A stretch of DNA of 64,000 bases from Carcharhinus amblyrhynchos (taxonomy: Eukaryota): the NCBI GenBank assembly GCA_965287045.1, contig CBDIYR020000303.1, positions 62,001 to 126,000 on the forward strand, written 5' to 3'. Position 1 is the first letter of the stretch. Every line of letters starts with the position of its first letter. The position numbers were made by a program, and so were the translations under genes. The notes under the pieces are model-generated. The model was given only the letters and a program-made list of their open reading frames with translations, searched no databases and was not told the origin of the DNA. Below, one piece after another: positions 27,401 to 42,400 of the stretch.

Positions 27401-30400
27401 GGAACAACATCAACAGAACAGGTATCAACAAGTGAATCAAGTTCAACTGGATCTCCAGCAGCAACCAGCCGCCCAAATCCTGGCCTGACATCGACTGGAC
27501 CCCGGACATCAGGAGGTAAATGACAGACAATCTGACCGATTGTCTCAACATATCAAACTGGAAATATTCTCTGAGCAGCTGGTAGACAAACGGGGAACAC
27601 AATTCTCTGAAGTTTCTCTTGCTTGAATTCTAACACTATCTGTCAGTAGTTTATGTGAAACAGTTACCATATCAGAGGAAGAAATACGTGAAGTCAATCT
27701 CGGCACAATACGATGCCAGAGAAAATTTTGATAACCTTTCAACAGAGAGTAGAATGTTAGACACTGAGCAAAGTCTGACCCCTAAAATAACACTTAAGGG
27801 ATGAGCATGTTACGCGCCCTACCTATCGGTTTGGAGCATCCATGTGAGCAGATCACGCTTTCTAATAGGATGGGCGATTGTGATCACAAATCATCTGAAA
27901 CAAATGGCTGAAAAGCATAAATCTGAACAAACTAATGTGATCTTAGAGAGGAACCTCATCAACACGACAGCAATCAACTGGAGAATCAACTTCAACTGAC
28001 ACAACCACATTAACATGAGTACAAATGTTCCCACCACATCTCCTGGAGCCTCAGTATCAGGAGGTAAATGCCAGACATTGGGATCTATGGGGCGGACAGT
28101 TATTCATTGCTGCAGTCGGGAAAGTGTGCAGGTGCAATTTCCAAATTTCATTCGAGGAGGACGGTACTGGATCCTGTCACAGTTTCTCTCTGGGAACAGT
28201 GTCACTGAATAAACATAGATATACACAGCTTTGAATTCATACACAATGGGAGCATTAAATTCAAGATGCACGTGAGCAGGCAATCTATTGCAATGACGTT
28301 GCTAAGATTTACTAGGACCACTGTCCTGCTTCTGTTCACAATGTACCCTCAGATCCAGTACTGGACCAAAGTGGGGAGATTGCGCTCCATTGAACATCTC
28401 AGGGGGGAATAATATCTGTGACAGTGAAGCACTCCCTCTGAGCACTACTGAGAGGATCAGCCTAGCTTTTGCTCTTTGAAGCTGTGACTGCCTCTTAACG
28501 TTGATCCAGAAGGAACCTATGAGAAATAGTCTTCCATTTCAATATGATAGAAGTACTAGTATTTGAAGCCGGTGTGTGGACATTCAGATGGGAAAGCAGA
28601 GACATGGAAAGACCGTTCATTATAAATGTGACACAATTAACTTGATTTTAAACAGGAACAACATCAACAGAACAGGTATCAACAAGTGAATCAAGTTCAA
28701 CTGGATCTCCAGCAGCAACCAGCCGCCCAAATCCTGGCCTGACATCGACTGGACCCCGGACATCAGGAGGTAAATGACAGACAATCTGACCGATTGTCTC
28801 AACATATCAAACTGGAAATATTCTCTGAGCAGCTGGTAGACAAACGGGGAACACAATTCTCTGAAGTTTCTCTTGCTTGAATTCTAACACTATCTGTCAG
28901 TAGTTTATGAGAAACACTTACAATATCAGAGGAAGAAATACGTGAAGTCAATTTAGGCACAATAAGATGCCAGAGAAAATTTTGAAAAACTTTGAACAGT
29001 GTAGAATGTTAGATACTGAGCAAAGTCAGACCCCTAAAATAACATTTAAGGAAGGAGCATGTTACACACCCTACCTATCTGTTTGGAGCATCCATTTGAG
29101 CAGATCGCGCTTTCTAATAGGATGGGCGATTGTGATCACAAATCATCTGAAACAAATGGCTGAAAAGCATAAATCTGAACAAACTAATGTGATCTTAGAT
29201 AGGAACCTCATCAACACGACAGCAATCAACTGGAGAATCAACTTCAACTGACACAACCACATTAACCATCAGTACAAATGTTCCCACCACATCTCCTGGA
29301 GCCTCAGTATCAGGAGGTAAATGCCAGAGATTGGGATCTGTGGGGCGGACAGTTATTCATTGCTGCAGTCGGGAAAGTGTGCAGGTGCAATTTCCAAATT
29401 TCATTCGAGGAGGACGGTACTGGATCCTGTCACAGTTTCCCTCTGGGAACAGTGTCACTGAATAAACATAGATATACACAGCCTTCAATTCATACACAGT
29501 GGGAGCATTAAATTCAAGATGCACGTGAGCAGGCAATTCATTTCAATGACGTTGCTAAGATTTACGTAGGACCACTGTCCTGCTTCTGTTCATAAGGTAC
29601 CTTCAGATCCAGTACTGGACCAAAGTGGGGAGATTGTGCTCCATTGAACATCTCAGTGGGGAATAATATCTGTGATAGTGAAGCACTCCCTCTGAGCACT
29701 ACTGAGAGGATCAGCCTAGCTTTTGCTCTTTGAAGCTGTGACTGCCTCTTAACGTTGATCCAGAAGGAGCCTATGAGAAGTAGTCTTCCATTTCAATATG
29801 ATAGAAGTACTAGTATTTGAAGCCGGTGTGTGGACATTCAGATGGGAAAGCAGAGACATGGAAAGACCGTTCATTATAAATGTGACACAATTAACTTGAT
29901 TTTAAACAGGAACAACATCAACAGAACAGGTATCAACAAGTGAATCAAGTTCAACTGGATCTCCAGCAGCAACCAGCCGCCCAAATCCTGGCCTGACATC
30001 GACTGGACCCCGGACATCAGGAGGTAAATGACAGACAATCTGACCGATTGTCTCAACATATCAAACTGGAAATATTCTCTGAGCAGCTGGTAGACAAACG
30101 GGGAACACAATTCTCTGAAGTTTCTCTTGCTTGAATTCTAACACTATCTGTCAGTAGTTTATGAGAAACACTTACAATATCAGAGGAAGAAATACGTGAA
30201 GTCAATTTAGGCACAATAAGATGCCAGAGAAAATTTTGAAAAACTTTGAACAGTGTAGAATGTTAGATACTGAGCAAAGTCAGACCCCTAAAATAACATT
30301 TAAGGGAGGAGTATGTTACACACCCTACCTATCTGTTTGGAGCATCCATTTGAGCAGATCGCGCTTTCTAATAGGATGGGCGATTGTGATCACAAATCAT

Positions 30401-33400
30401 CTGAAACAAATGGCTGAAAAGCATAAATCTGAACAAACTAATGTGATCTTAAATAGGAACCTCATCAACACGACAGCAATCAACTGGAGAATTAACTTCA
30501 ACTGACACAACCACATTAACCATCAGTACAAATGTTCCCACCACATCTCCTGGACCCTCAGTATCAGGAGGTAAATGCCAGAGATGGGGATCTGTGGGGC
30601 GGACAGTTATTCATTGCTGCAGTCGGGAAAGTGTGCAGGTGCAATTTCCAAATTTCATTCGAGGAGGACGGTACTGGATCCTGTCACAGTTTCCCTCTGG
30701 GAACAGTGTCACTGAATAAACATAGATATACACAGCCTTCAATTCATACACAGTGGGAGCATTAAATTCAAGATGCACGTGAGCAGTCAATCCATTTCAA
30801 TGATGTTGTTAAGATTTACGCAGGACCACTGTCCTGCTTCTGTTCACAAGGTACCCTCAGATCCAGTACTGGACCAAAGTGGGGAGATTGCGCTCCATTG
30901 AATGTCTCGGGGGGGAATGATATCTGTGACAGTGAAGCACTTTCTCTGTGGACTACTGAGAGGATCAGCCTAGCTTTCCTCTGTGAAGCTGTGACTGCCT
31001 CTTACTGTTGATCCAGAAGGAGCCTATGAGAAGTAGTCTTCAATTTCAATATGATAGAAGTACTAGTATTTGAAGCCGGTGTGTGGACATTCAGATGGGA
31101 AAGCAGAGACATGGAAAGACCGTTCATTATAAATGTGACACAATTAACTTGATTTTAAACAGGAACAACATCAACAGAACAGGTATCAACAAGTGAATCA
31201 AGTTCAACTGGATCTCCAGCAGCAACCAGCCGCCCAAATCCTGGCCTGACATCGACTGGACCCCGGACATCAGGAGGTAAATGACAGACAATCTGACCGA
31301 TTGTCTCAACATATCAAACTGGAAATATTCTCTGAGCAGCTGGTAGACAAACGGGGAACACAATTCTCTGAAGTTTCTCTTGCTTGAATTCTAACACTAT
31401 CTGTCAGTAGTTTATGAGAAACATTTACAATATCAGAGGAAGAAATACGTGAAGTCAATTTAGGCACAATAAGATGCCAGAGAAAATTTTGAAAAACTTT
31501 GAACAGTGTAGAATGTTAGATACTGAGCAAAGTCAGACCCCTAAAATAACATTTAAGGGAGGAGCATGTTACACACCCTACCTATCTGTTTGGAGCATCC
31601 ATTTGAGCAGATCGCGCTTTCTAATAGGATGGGCGATTGTGATCACAAATCATCTGAAACAAATGGCTGAAAAGCATAAATCTGAACAAACTAATGTGAT
31701 CTTAAATAGGAACCTCATCAACACGACAGCAATCAACTGGAGAATTAACTTCAACTGACACAACCACATTAACCATCAGTACAAATGTTCCCACCACATC
31801 TCCTGGAGCCTCAGTATCAGGAGGTAAATGCCAGAGATGGGGATCTGTGGGGCGGACAGTTATTCATTGCTGCAGTCGGGAAAGTGTGCAGGTGCAATTT
31901 CCAAATTTCATTCGAGGAGGACGGTACTGGATCCTGTCACAGTTTCCCTCTGGGAACAGTGTCACTGAATAAACATAGATATACACAGCTTTGAATTCAT
32001 ACACAATGGGAGCATTAAATTCAAGATGCACGTGAGCAGGCAATCTATTGCAATGACGTTGCTAAGATTTACTAGGACCACTGTCCTGCTTCTGTTCACA
32101 ATGTACCCTCAGATCCAGTACTGGACCAAAGTGGGGAGATTGCGCTCCATTGAACATCTCAGGGGGGAATAATATCTGTGATAGTGAAGCACTCCCTCTG
32201 AGCACTACTGAGAGGATCAGCCTAGCTTTTGCTCTTTGAAGCTGTGACTGCCTCTTAACGTTGATCCAGAAGGAGCCTATGAGAAGTAGTCTTCCATTTC
32301 AATATGATAGAAGTACTAGTATTTGAAGCCGGTGTGTGGACATTCAGATGGGAAAGCAGAGACATGGAAAGACCGTTGATTATAAATGTGACACAATTAA
32401 CTTGATTTTAAACAGGAACAACATCAACAGAACAGGTATCAACAAGTGAATCAAGTTCAACTGGATCTCCAGCAGCAACCAGCCGCCCAAATCCTGGCCT
32501 GACATCGACTGGACCCCGGACATCAGGAGGTAAATGACAGACAATCTGACCGATTGTCTCAACATATCAAACTGGAAATATTCTCTGAACAGCTGGTAGA
32601 CAAACGGGGAACACAATTCTCTGAAGTTTCTCTTGCTTGAATTCTAACACTATCTGTCAGTAGTTTATGAGAAACACTTACAATATCAGAGGAAGAAATA
32701 CGTGAAGTCAATTTAGGCACAATAAGATGCCAGAGAAAATTTTGAAAAACTTTGAACAGTGTAGAATGTTAGATACTGAGCAAAGTCAGACCCCTAAAAT
32801 AACATTTAAGGGAGGAGCATGTTACACACCCTACCTATCTGTTTGGAGCATCCATTTGAGCAGATCGCGCTTTCTAATAGGATGGGCGATTGTGATCACA
32901 AATCATCTGAAACAAATGGCTGAAAAGCATAAATCTGAACAAACTAATGTGATCTTAGATAGGAACCTCATCAACACGACAGCAATCAACTGGAGAATCA
33001 ACTTCAACTGACACAACCACATTAACCATCAGTACAAATGTTCCCACCACATCTCCTGGAGCCTCAGTATCAGGAGGTAAATGCCAGAGATTGGGATCTG
33101 TGGGGCGGACAGTTATTCATTGCTGCAGTCGGGAAAGTGTGCAGGTGCAATTTCCAAATTTCATTCGAGGAGGACGGTACTGGATCCTGTCACAGTTTCC
33201 CTCTGGGAACAGTGTCACTGAATAAACATAGATATACACAGCCTTCAATTCATACACAGTGGGAGCATTAAATTCAAGATGCACGTGAGCAGGCAATTCA
33301 TTTCAATGACGTTGCTAAGATTTACGTAGGACCACTGTCCTGCTTCTGTTCATAAGGTACCTTCAGATCCAGTACTGGACCAAAGTGGGGAGATTGTGCT

Positions 33401-36400
33401 CCATTGAACATCTCAGTGGGGAATAATATCTGTGATAGTGAAGCACTCCCTCTGAGCACTACTGAGAGGATCAGCCTAGCTTTTGCTCTTTGAAGCTGTG
33501 ACTGCCTCTTAACGTTGATCCAGAAGGAGCCTATGAGAAGTAGTCTTCCATTTCAATATGATAGAAGTACTAGTATTTGAAGCCGGTGTGTGGACATTCA
33601 GATGGGAAAGCAGAGACATGGAAAGACCGTTCATTATAAATGTGACACAATTAACTTGATTTTAAACAGGAACAACATCAACAGAACAGGTATCAACAAG
33701 TGAATCAAGTTCAACTGGATCTCCAGCAGCAACCAGCCGCCCAAATCCTGGCCTGACATCGACTGGACCCCGGACATCAGGAGGTAAATGACAGACAATC
33801 TGACCGATTGTCTCAACATATCAAACTGGAAATATTCTCTGAGCAGCTGGTAGACAAACGGGGAACACAATTCTCTGAAGTTTCTCTTGCTTGAATTCTA
33901 ACACTATCTGTCAGTAGTTTATGAGAAACACTTACAATATCAGAGGAAGAAATACGTGAAGTCAATTTAGGCACAATAAGATGCCAGAGAAAATTTTGAA
34001 AAACTTTGAACAGTGTAGAATGTTAGATACTGAGCAAAGTCAGACCCCTAAAATAACATTTAAGGGAGGAGTATGTTACACACCCTACCTATCTGTTTGG
34101 AGCATCCATTTGAGCAGATCGCGCTTTCTAATAGGATGGGCGATTGTGATCACAAATCATCTGAAACAAATGGCTGAAAAGCATAAATCTGAACAAACTA
34201 ATGTGATCTTAAATAGGAACCTCATCAACACGACAGCAATCAACTGGAGAATTAACTTCAACTGACACAACCACATTAACCATCAGTACAAATGTTCCCA
34301 CCACATCTCCTGGACCCTCAGTATCAGGAGGTAAATGCCAGAGATGGGGATCTGTGGGGCGGACAGTTATTCATTGCTGCAGTCGGGAAAGTGTGCAGGT
34401 GCAATTTCCAAATTTCATTCGAGGAGGACGGTACTGGATCCTGTCACAGTTTCCCTCTGGGAACAGTGTCACTGAATAAACATAGATATACACAGCCTTC
34501 AATTCATACACAGTGGGAGCATTAAATTCAAGATGCACGTGAGCAGTCAATCCATTTCAATGATGTTGTTAAGATTTACGCAGGACCACTGTCCTGCTTC
34601 TGTTCACAAGGTACCCTCAGATCCAGTACTGGACCAAAGTGGGGAGATTGCGCTCCATTGAATGTCTCGGGGGGGAATGATATCTGTGACAGTGAAGCAC
34701 TTTCTCTGTGGACTACTGAGAGGATCAGCCTAGCTTTCCTCTGTGAAGCTGTGACTGCCTCTTACTGTTGATCCAGAAGGAGCCTATGAGAAGTAGTCTT
34801 CAATTTCAATATGATAGAAGTACTAGTATTTGAAGCCGGTGTGTGGACATTCAGATGGGAAAGCAGAGACATGGAAAGACCGTTCATTATAAATGTGACA
34901 CAATTAACTTGATTTTAAACAGGAACAACATCAACAGAACAGGTATCAACAAGTGAATCAAGTTCAACTGGATCTCCAGCAGCAACCAGCCGCCCAAATC
35001 CTGGCCTGACATCGACTGGACCCCGGACATCAGGAGGTAAATGACAGACAATCTGACCGATTGTCTCAACATATCAAACTGGAAATATTCTCTGAGCAGC
35101 TGGTAGACAAACGGGGAACACAATTCTCTGAAGTTTCTCTTGCTTGAATTCTAACACTATCTGTCAGTAGTTTATGAGAAACATTTACAATATCAGAGGA
35201 AGAAATACGTGAAGTCAATTTAGGCACAATAAGATGCCAGAGAAAATTTTGAAAAACTTTGAACAGTGTAGAATGTTAGATACTGAGCAAAGTCAGACCC
35301 CTAAAATAACATTTAAGGGAGGAGCATGTTACACACCCTACCTATCTGTTTGGAGCATCCATTTGAGCAGATCGCGCTTTCTAATAGGATGGGCGATTGT
35401 GATCACAAATCATCTGAAACAAATGGCTGAAAAGCATAAATCTGAACAAACTAATGTGATCTTAAATAGGAACCTCATCAACACGACAGCAATCAACTGG
35501 AGAATTAACTTCAACTGACACAACCACATTAACCATCAGTACAAATGTTCCCACCACATCTCCTGGAGCCTCAGTATCAGGAGGTAAATGCCAGAGATGG
35601 GGATCTGTGGGGCGGACAGTTATTCATTGCTGCAGTCGGGAAAGTGTGCAGGTGCAATTTCCAAATTTCATTCGAGGAGGACGGTACTGGATCCTGTCAC
35701 AGTTTCCCTCTGGGAACAGTGTCACTGAATAAACATAGATATACACAGCTTTGAATTCATACACAATGGGAGCATTAAATTCAAGATGCACGTGAGCAGG
35801 CAATCTATTGCAATGACGTTGCTAAGATTTACTAGGACCACTGTCCTGCTTCTGTTCACAATGTACCCTCAGATCCAGTACTGGACCAAAGTGGGGAGAT
35901 TGCGCTCCATTGAACATCTCAGGGGGGAATAATATCTGTGATAGTGAAGCACTCCCTCTGAGCACTACTGAGAGGATCAGCCTAGCTTTTGCTCTTTGAA
36001 GCTGTGACTGCCTCTTAACGTTGATCCAGAAGGAGCCTATGAGAAGTAGTCTTCCATTTCAATATGATAGAAGTACTAGTATTTGAAGCCGGTGTGTGGA
36101 CATTCAGATGGGAAAGCAGAGACATGGAAAGACCGTTGATTATAAATGTGACACAATTAACTTGATTTTAAACAGGAACAACATCAACAGAACAGGTATC
36201 AACAAGTGAATCAAGTTCAACTGGATCTCCAGCAGCAACCAGCCGCCCAAATCCTGGCCTGACATCGACTGGACCCCGGACATCAGGAGGTAAATGACAG
36301 ACAATCTGACCGATTGTCTCAACATATCAAACTGGAAATATTCTCTGAGCAGCTGGTAGACAAACGGGGAACACAATTCTCTGAAGTTTCTCTTGCTTGA

Positions 36401-39400
36401 ATTCTAACACTATCTGTCAGTAGTTTATGTGAAACAGTTACCATATCAGAGGAAGGAATACGTGAAGTCAATCTCGGCACAATACGATGCCAGAGAAAAT
36501 TTTGATAACCTTTCAACAGAGAGTAGAATGTTAGACACTGAGCAAAGTCTGACCCCTAAAATAACACTTAAGGGATGAGCATGTTACGCGCCCTACCTAT
36601 CGGTTTGGAGCATCCATGTGAGCAGATCACGCTTTCTAATAGGATGGGCGATTGTGATCACAAATCATCTGAAACAAATGGCTGAAAAGCATAAATCTGA
36701 ACAAACTAATGTGATCTTAGAGAGGAACCTCATCAACACGACAGCAATCAACTGGAGAATCAACTTCAACTGACACAACCACATTAACATGAGTACAAAT
36801 GTTCCCACCACATCTCCTGGAGCCTCAGTATCAGGAGGTAAATGCCAGACATTGGGATCTATGGGGCGGACAGTTATTCATTGCTGCAGTCGGGAAAGTG
36901 TGCAGGTGCAATTTCCAAATTTCATTCGAGGAGGACGGTACTGGATCCTGTCACAGTTTCTCTCTGGGAACAGTGTCACTGAATAAACATAGATATACAC
37001 AGCTTTGAATTCATACACAATGGGAGCATTAAATTCAAGATGCACGTGAGCAGGCAATCTATTTCAATGACGTTGCTAAGATTTACGCAGGACCACTGTC
37101 CTGCTTCTGTTCACAATGTACCCTCAGATCCAGTACTGGACCAAAGTGGGGAGATTGCGCTCCATTGAATGTCTCGGGGGGGAATGATATCTGTGACAGT
37201 GAAGCACTTTCTCTGTGGACTACTGAGAGGATCAGCCTAGCTTTCCTCTGTGAAGCTGTGACTGCCTCTTACTGTTGATCCAGAAGGAGCCTATGAGAAG
37301 TAGTCTTCCATTTCAATATGATAGAAGTACTAGTATTTGAGTGCCGAAGTGTGGATATTCAGATGGGAAAGCAGAGACATGGAAAGACCGTTCATTATAA
37401 ATGTGACACAATTAACTTGACTTTAAACAGGAACAACATCAACAGAACAGGTATCAACAAGTGAATCAAGTTCAACTGGATCTCCAGCAGCAACCAGCCG
37501 CCCAAATCCTGGCCTGACATCGACTGGACCCCGGACATCAGGAGGTAAATGACAGACAATCTGACCGATTGTCTCAACATATCAAACTGGAAATATTCTC
37601 TGAGCAGCTGGTAGACAAACGGGGAACACAATTCTCTGAAGTTTCTCTTGCTTGAATTCTAACACTATCTGTCAGTAGTTTATGTGAAACAGTTACCATA
37701 TCAGAGGAAGAAATACGTGAAGTCAATCTCGGCACAATATGATGTCAGAGAAAATTTTGATAACCTTTCAACAGAGAGTAGAATGTTAGACACTGAGCAA
37801 AGTCTGACCCCTAAAATAACACTTAAGGGATGAGCATGTTACGCGCCCTACCTATCGGTTTGGAGCATCCATGTGAGCAGATCACGCTTTCTAATAGGAT
37901 GGGCGATTGTGATCACAAATCATCTGAAACAAATGACTGAAAAGCATAAATCTGAACAAACTAATGTGATCTTAAATAGGAACCTCATCAACAGGACAGG
38001 AATCAACTGGAGAATCAACTTCAACTGTCACAACACCATTAACCAGCAGTGCCGATGTTCCCACCTCATCTTCTGCGGCCCCAACATCAGGAGGTAAGTG
38101 GCAGACGTTGGGATCTAAGGGGTGGACAATTATTCGTTTCTGGAGCTGGGAAATTGCGCAGGCACAATATCCAAATTATATTCCGGGAGGGCAGTGCTGG
38201 ATCCTTGGGACAGTTTGAAGTGAGGAAATGACCTGAAATCTCACTTTCACCAATTAACGGCCCCTTGACCTCATTAAGGAACCTGTCACAGTTTCTCTCC
38301 GGGAACAGTGTCACAGAATTAACAGAGAGATACACAGCCTTCAATTGATAGACAGTGGGAGCACTAAATTCAAGATGCACGTGAGCAGACAATCTATTTC
38401 AATGACGTTGCTAAGATTTACGCAGGACCACTGTCCTGCTTCTGTTCACAATGTACCCTCAGATCCAGTACTGGACCAAAGTGGGGAGATTGCGCTCCAT
38501 TGAACATCTCGGGGCGAATTATATCTGTGACAGTGAAGCACTCCCTCTGAGGACTACTGAGAGGATCAGCCTAGCTTTTGCTCTTTTAAGCTGTGACTGC
38601 CTCTTAACGTTGATCCAGAAGGAGCCTATGAGAAGTAGTCTTCCATTTCAATATGATAGAAGTACAAGTGTTTGAGTGCCGGTGTGTGGACATTCAGATG
38701 GGAAAGCAGAAACATGGAAAGACCGTTTATTATAAATGTGACACAATTAACTTGATTTTAAACAGGAACAACATCAACAGAACAGGAAGCAACAAGTGAA
38801 TCAAGTTCAACTGCATCTCCAGCAGCAACCAGCAGCCCAAATCCTGGCCTGACATCGACTGGACCCTGGACATCAGGAGGTAAATGACAAACAATCTGAC
38901 CGATTGTCTCAACATATCAAACTGGAAATATTCTCTGAGCAGCTGGTAGACAAATGGGGACCACAATTCTCTGAAGTGTCTCCCTCTTGAGTTCTAACAG
39001 TGAATGTAACTATTTTATGTGAAACGCTTACAATTATCAGGGAAAGAAATATGTGATGTCAATTTCGGCACAATAAGATGCCAGAGAAAATTCTGATGAC
39101 CTATGAACAGAGATTAGAACGTGAGGCACTGAGCAAAGTCAGGTTTCAAAAGTATCATTTAAATTCAGGAAGGAGAATGTTACGCACCCTTCTTTTCAAT
39201 TTGGAGCATCGATTTGAGTAGATCACGCTTCCTATTTGAAGGGTGATTCTGATCACAAATCATCTCAAATAAATATTTGCAAAGTGTAAACCTGAACAAA
39301 CCAATGTGATCTAAAACAGGAACCTCATCAACAGGACAGGAATCAACAAGTGAATCAAGTTCAACTGGATCCCCAGCAGCAACTAGCCGCCCAAATCCTG

Positions 39401-42400
39401 GCCTGACATCGACTGGACCCCGGACATCAGGAGGTAAATGACAGACAATCTGACCGATTGTTTCAACATATCAAACTTGAAATATTCTCTGAGCAGCTGG
39501 TAGACAAATGGGGTACACAATTCTCTGAAGTTTCTCTTGCTTGAATTCTCACACTATCTGTCAGTAGTTTATGTGAAACAGTTACCATATCAGAAGAAGA
39601 AATACGTGAAGTCAATTTAAGCACAATATGATGCCAGAGAAAATTTTGATAACCTTTCAACAGAGAGTAGAATGTTAGACACTGAGCAAAGTCTGACCCC
39701 TAAAATAACATTTAAGGGATGAGCATGTGACGTGCCCTACCTATCAGTTTGGAGCATCCATTTGAGCAGATCGCGCTTTCTAATAGGATGGGCGATTGTG
39801 ATCACAAATCATCTGAAACAAATGGCTGAAAAGCATAAATCTGAACAAACTAATGTGATCTTAAATAGGAACCTCATCAACACGACAGCAATCAACTGGA
39901 GAATCAACTTCAACTGACACAACCACATTAACCAGCAGTCCAAATGTTCCCACCACATCTCCTGGAGCCTCAGTATCAGGAGGTAAATGCCAGACATTGG
40001 GATCTATGGGGCGGACAGTTATTCATTGATGCAGTCGGGAAAATGTGCAGGTGCAATTTCCAAATTTCATTCGAGGAGGACGGTACTGGATCCTGTCACA
40101 GTTTCTCTCTGGGAACAGTGTCACTGAATAAACATAGATATACACAGCCTTCAATTCATACACAATGGGAGCATTAAATTCAAGATGCACGTGAGCAGTC
40201 AATCCATTTCAATGATGTTGCTAAGATTTACGCAGGACCACTGTCCTGCTTCTGTTCATAAGGTACCTTCAGATCCAGTACTGGACCAAAGTGGGGAGAT
40301 TGCGCTCCATTGAACATCTCGGGGGGAATGATATCTGTGACAGTGAAGCACTCTCTCTGTGCACTACTGAGAGGATCAGCCTTGCTTTCCTCTGTGAAGC
40401 CGTGACTGCCTCTTACTGTTGATCCAGAAGGAGCCTATGAGAAGTAGTCTTCCATTTCAATATGATAGAAGTACTGTTATTTGAGTGCCGGTGTGTGGAT
40501 ATTCAGATGGGAAAGCAGAAACAAGGAAAGACCGTTCATTATAAATGTGACACAATTAACTTGATTTTAAACAGGAACAACATCAACAGAACAGGTATCA
40601 ACAAGTGAATCAAGTTCAACTGGATCTCCAGCAGCAACCAGCCGCCCAAATCCTGGCCTGACATCGACTGGACCCCGGACATCAGGAGGTAAATGACAGA
40701 CAATCTGACCGATTGTTTCAACATATCAAACTGGAAATATTCTCTGAGCAGCTGGTAGTCAAATGGGGTACAAAATTCTCTGAAGTTTCTCTTGCTTGAA
40801 TTCTAACACTATCTGTCAGTAGTTTATGTGAAACAGTTACCAATATCAGAGGAAGAAATACGTGAAGTCAATCTAGGCACTATAAGATGCCAGAGAAAAA
40901 TTTGATTAGCTTTCAACAGAGGGTAGAATGTTAGACACTGAGCAAAGTCAGACCCCTAAAATAACACTTAAGGGATGAGGATGTTACGCGCCCTACCTAT
41001 CGGTTTGGAGCATCCATTTGAGCAGATCACACTTCCTAATAGGATGGGTGATTGTGATCACAAATCATCTGAAACAAATGACTGAAAAGCATAAATCTGA
41101 ACAAACTAATGTGATCTTAAATAGGAACCTCATCAACAGGACAGGAATCAACTGGAGAATCAACTTCAACTGTCACAACACCATTAACCAGCAGTGCCGA
41201 TGTTCCCACCTCATCTTCTGCGGCCCCAACATCAGGAGGTAAGTGGCAGACATTGGGATCTAAGGGGTGGACAATTATTTGTTTCTGGAGCTGGGAAAGT
41301 GCGCAGGCACAATATCCAAATTATATTCCGGGAGGGCAGCGCTGGATCCTTGGGACAGTTTGAAGTGAGGAAACGACCTGAAATCTCACTTTCACCAATT
41401 AACGGCCCCTTGACCTCATTAAGGAACCTGTCACAGTTTCTCTCCGGGAACAGTGTCACAGAATTAACAGAGAGATACACAGCCTTCAATTGATAGACAG
41501 TGGGAGCACTAAATTCAAGATGCACGTGAGCAGACAATCTATTTCAATGACGTTGCTAAGATTTACGCAGGACCACTGTCCTGCTTCTGTTCACAATGTA
41601 CCCTCAGATCCAGTACTGGACCAAAGTGGGGAGATTGCGCTCCATTGAACATCTCGGGGCGAATTATATCTGTGACAGTGAAGCACTCCCTCTGAGCACT
41701 ACTGAGAGGATCAGCCTAGCTTTGCTCTTTGAAGCTGTGACTGCCTCTTAACGTTGATCCAGAAGGAGCTGATGGGAAGTAGTCTTCCATTTCAATATGA
41801 TAGAAGTACTAGTATTTGAGAGCCGGTGTGTGGACATTCAGATGGGAAAGCAGAAACATGGAAAGACCGTTCATTATAAATCTGACACAATTAACTTGAT
41901 TTTAAACAGGAACAACATCAACAGAACAGGAAGCAACAAGTGAATCAAGTTCAACTGCATCTCCAGCAGCAACCAGCAGCCCAAATCCTGGCCTGACATC
42001 GACTGGACCCTGGACATCAGGAGGTAAATGACAAACAATCTGACCGATTGTCTCAACATATCAAACTGGAAATATTCTCTGAGCAGCTGGTAGACAAATG
42101 GGGACCACAATTCTCTGAAGTGTCTCTCTCTTGAGTTCTAACAGTGAATGTAACTATTTTATGTGAAACGCTTACAATTATCAGGGAAAGAAATATGTGA
42201 TGTCAATTTCGGCACAATAAGATGCCAGGGAAAATTCTGATGACCTATGAACAGAGATTAGAACGTGAGGCACTGAGCAAAGTCAGATTCCGAAAGTATC
42301 ATTTAAATTCAGGAAGGAGAATGTTACGCACCCTTCCTTTCAATTTGGAGCATCGATTTGTGTAGATCACGCTTCCTATTTGAAGGGTGATTCTGATCAC

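Larger units (their letters stand above)
1..37900 (+). repeat. Homogenised tandem array of ~1,254-bp exon-intron units (30 copies; continues upstream of the window)
   Basis: The same sequence recurs every 1,253-1,256 bp. Unit = exon A 114 + intron ~593 + exon B 114 + intron ~433. Confidence 0.98.

Noticed and set aside
1-37900. Interpretation as CRISPR array, rDNA/5S/snRNA/tRNA cluster or plain satellite
   Set aside because: No unique spacers and no recognisable structural RNA or Pol III gene. Splice-flanked symmetric exons explain the conserved parts.
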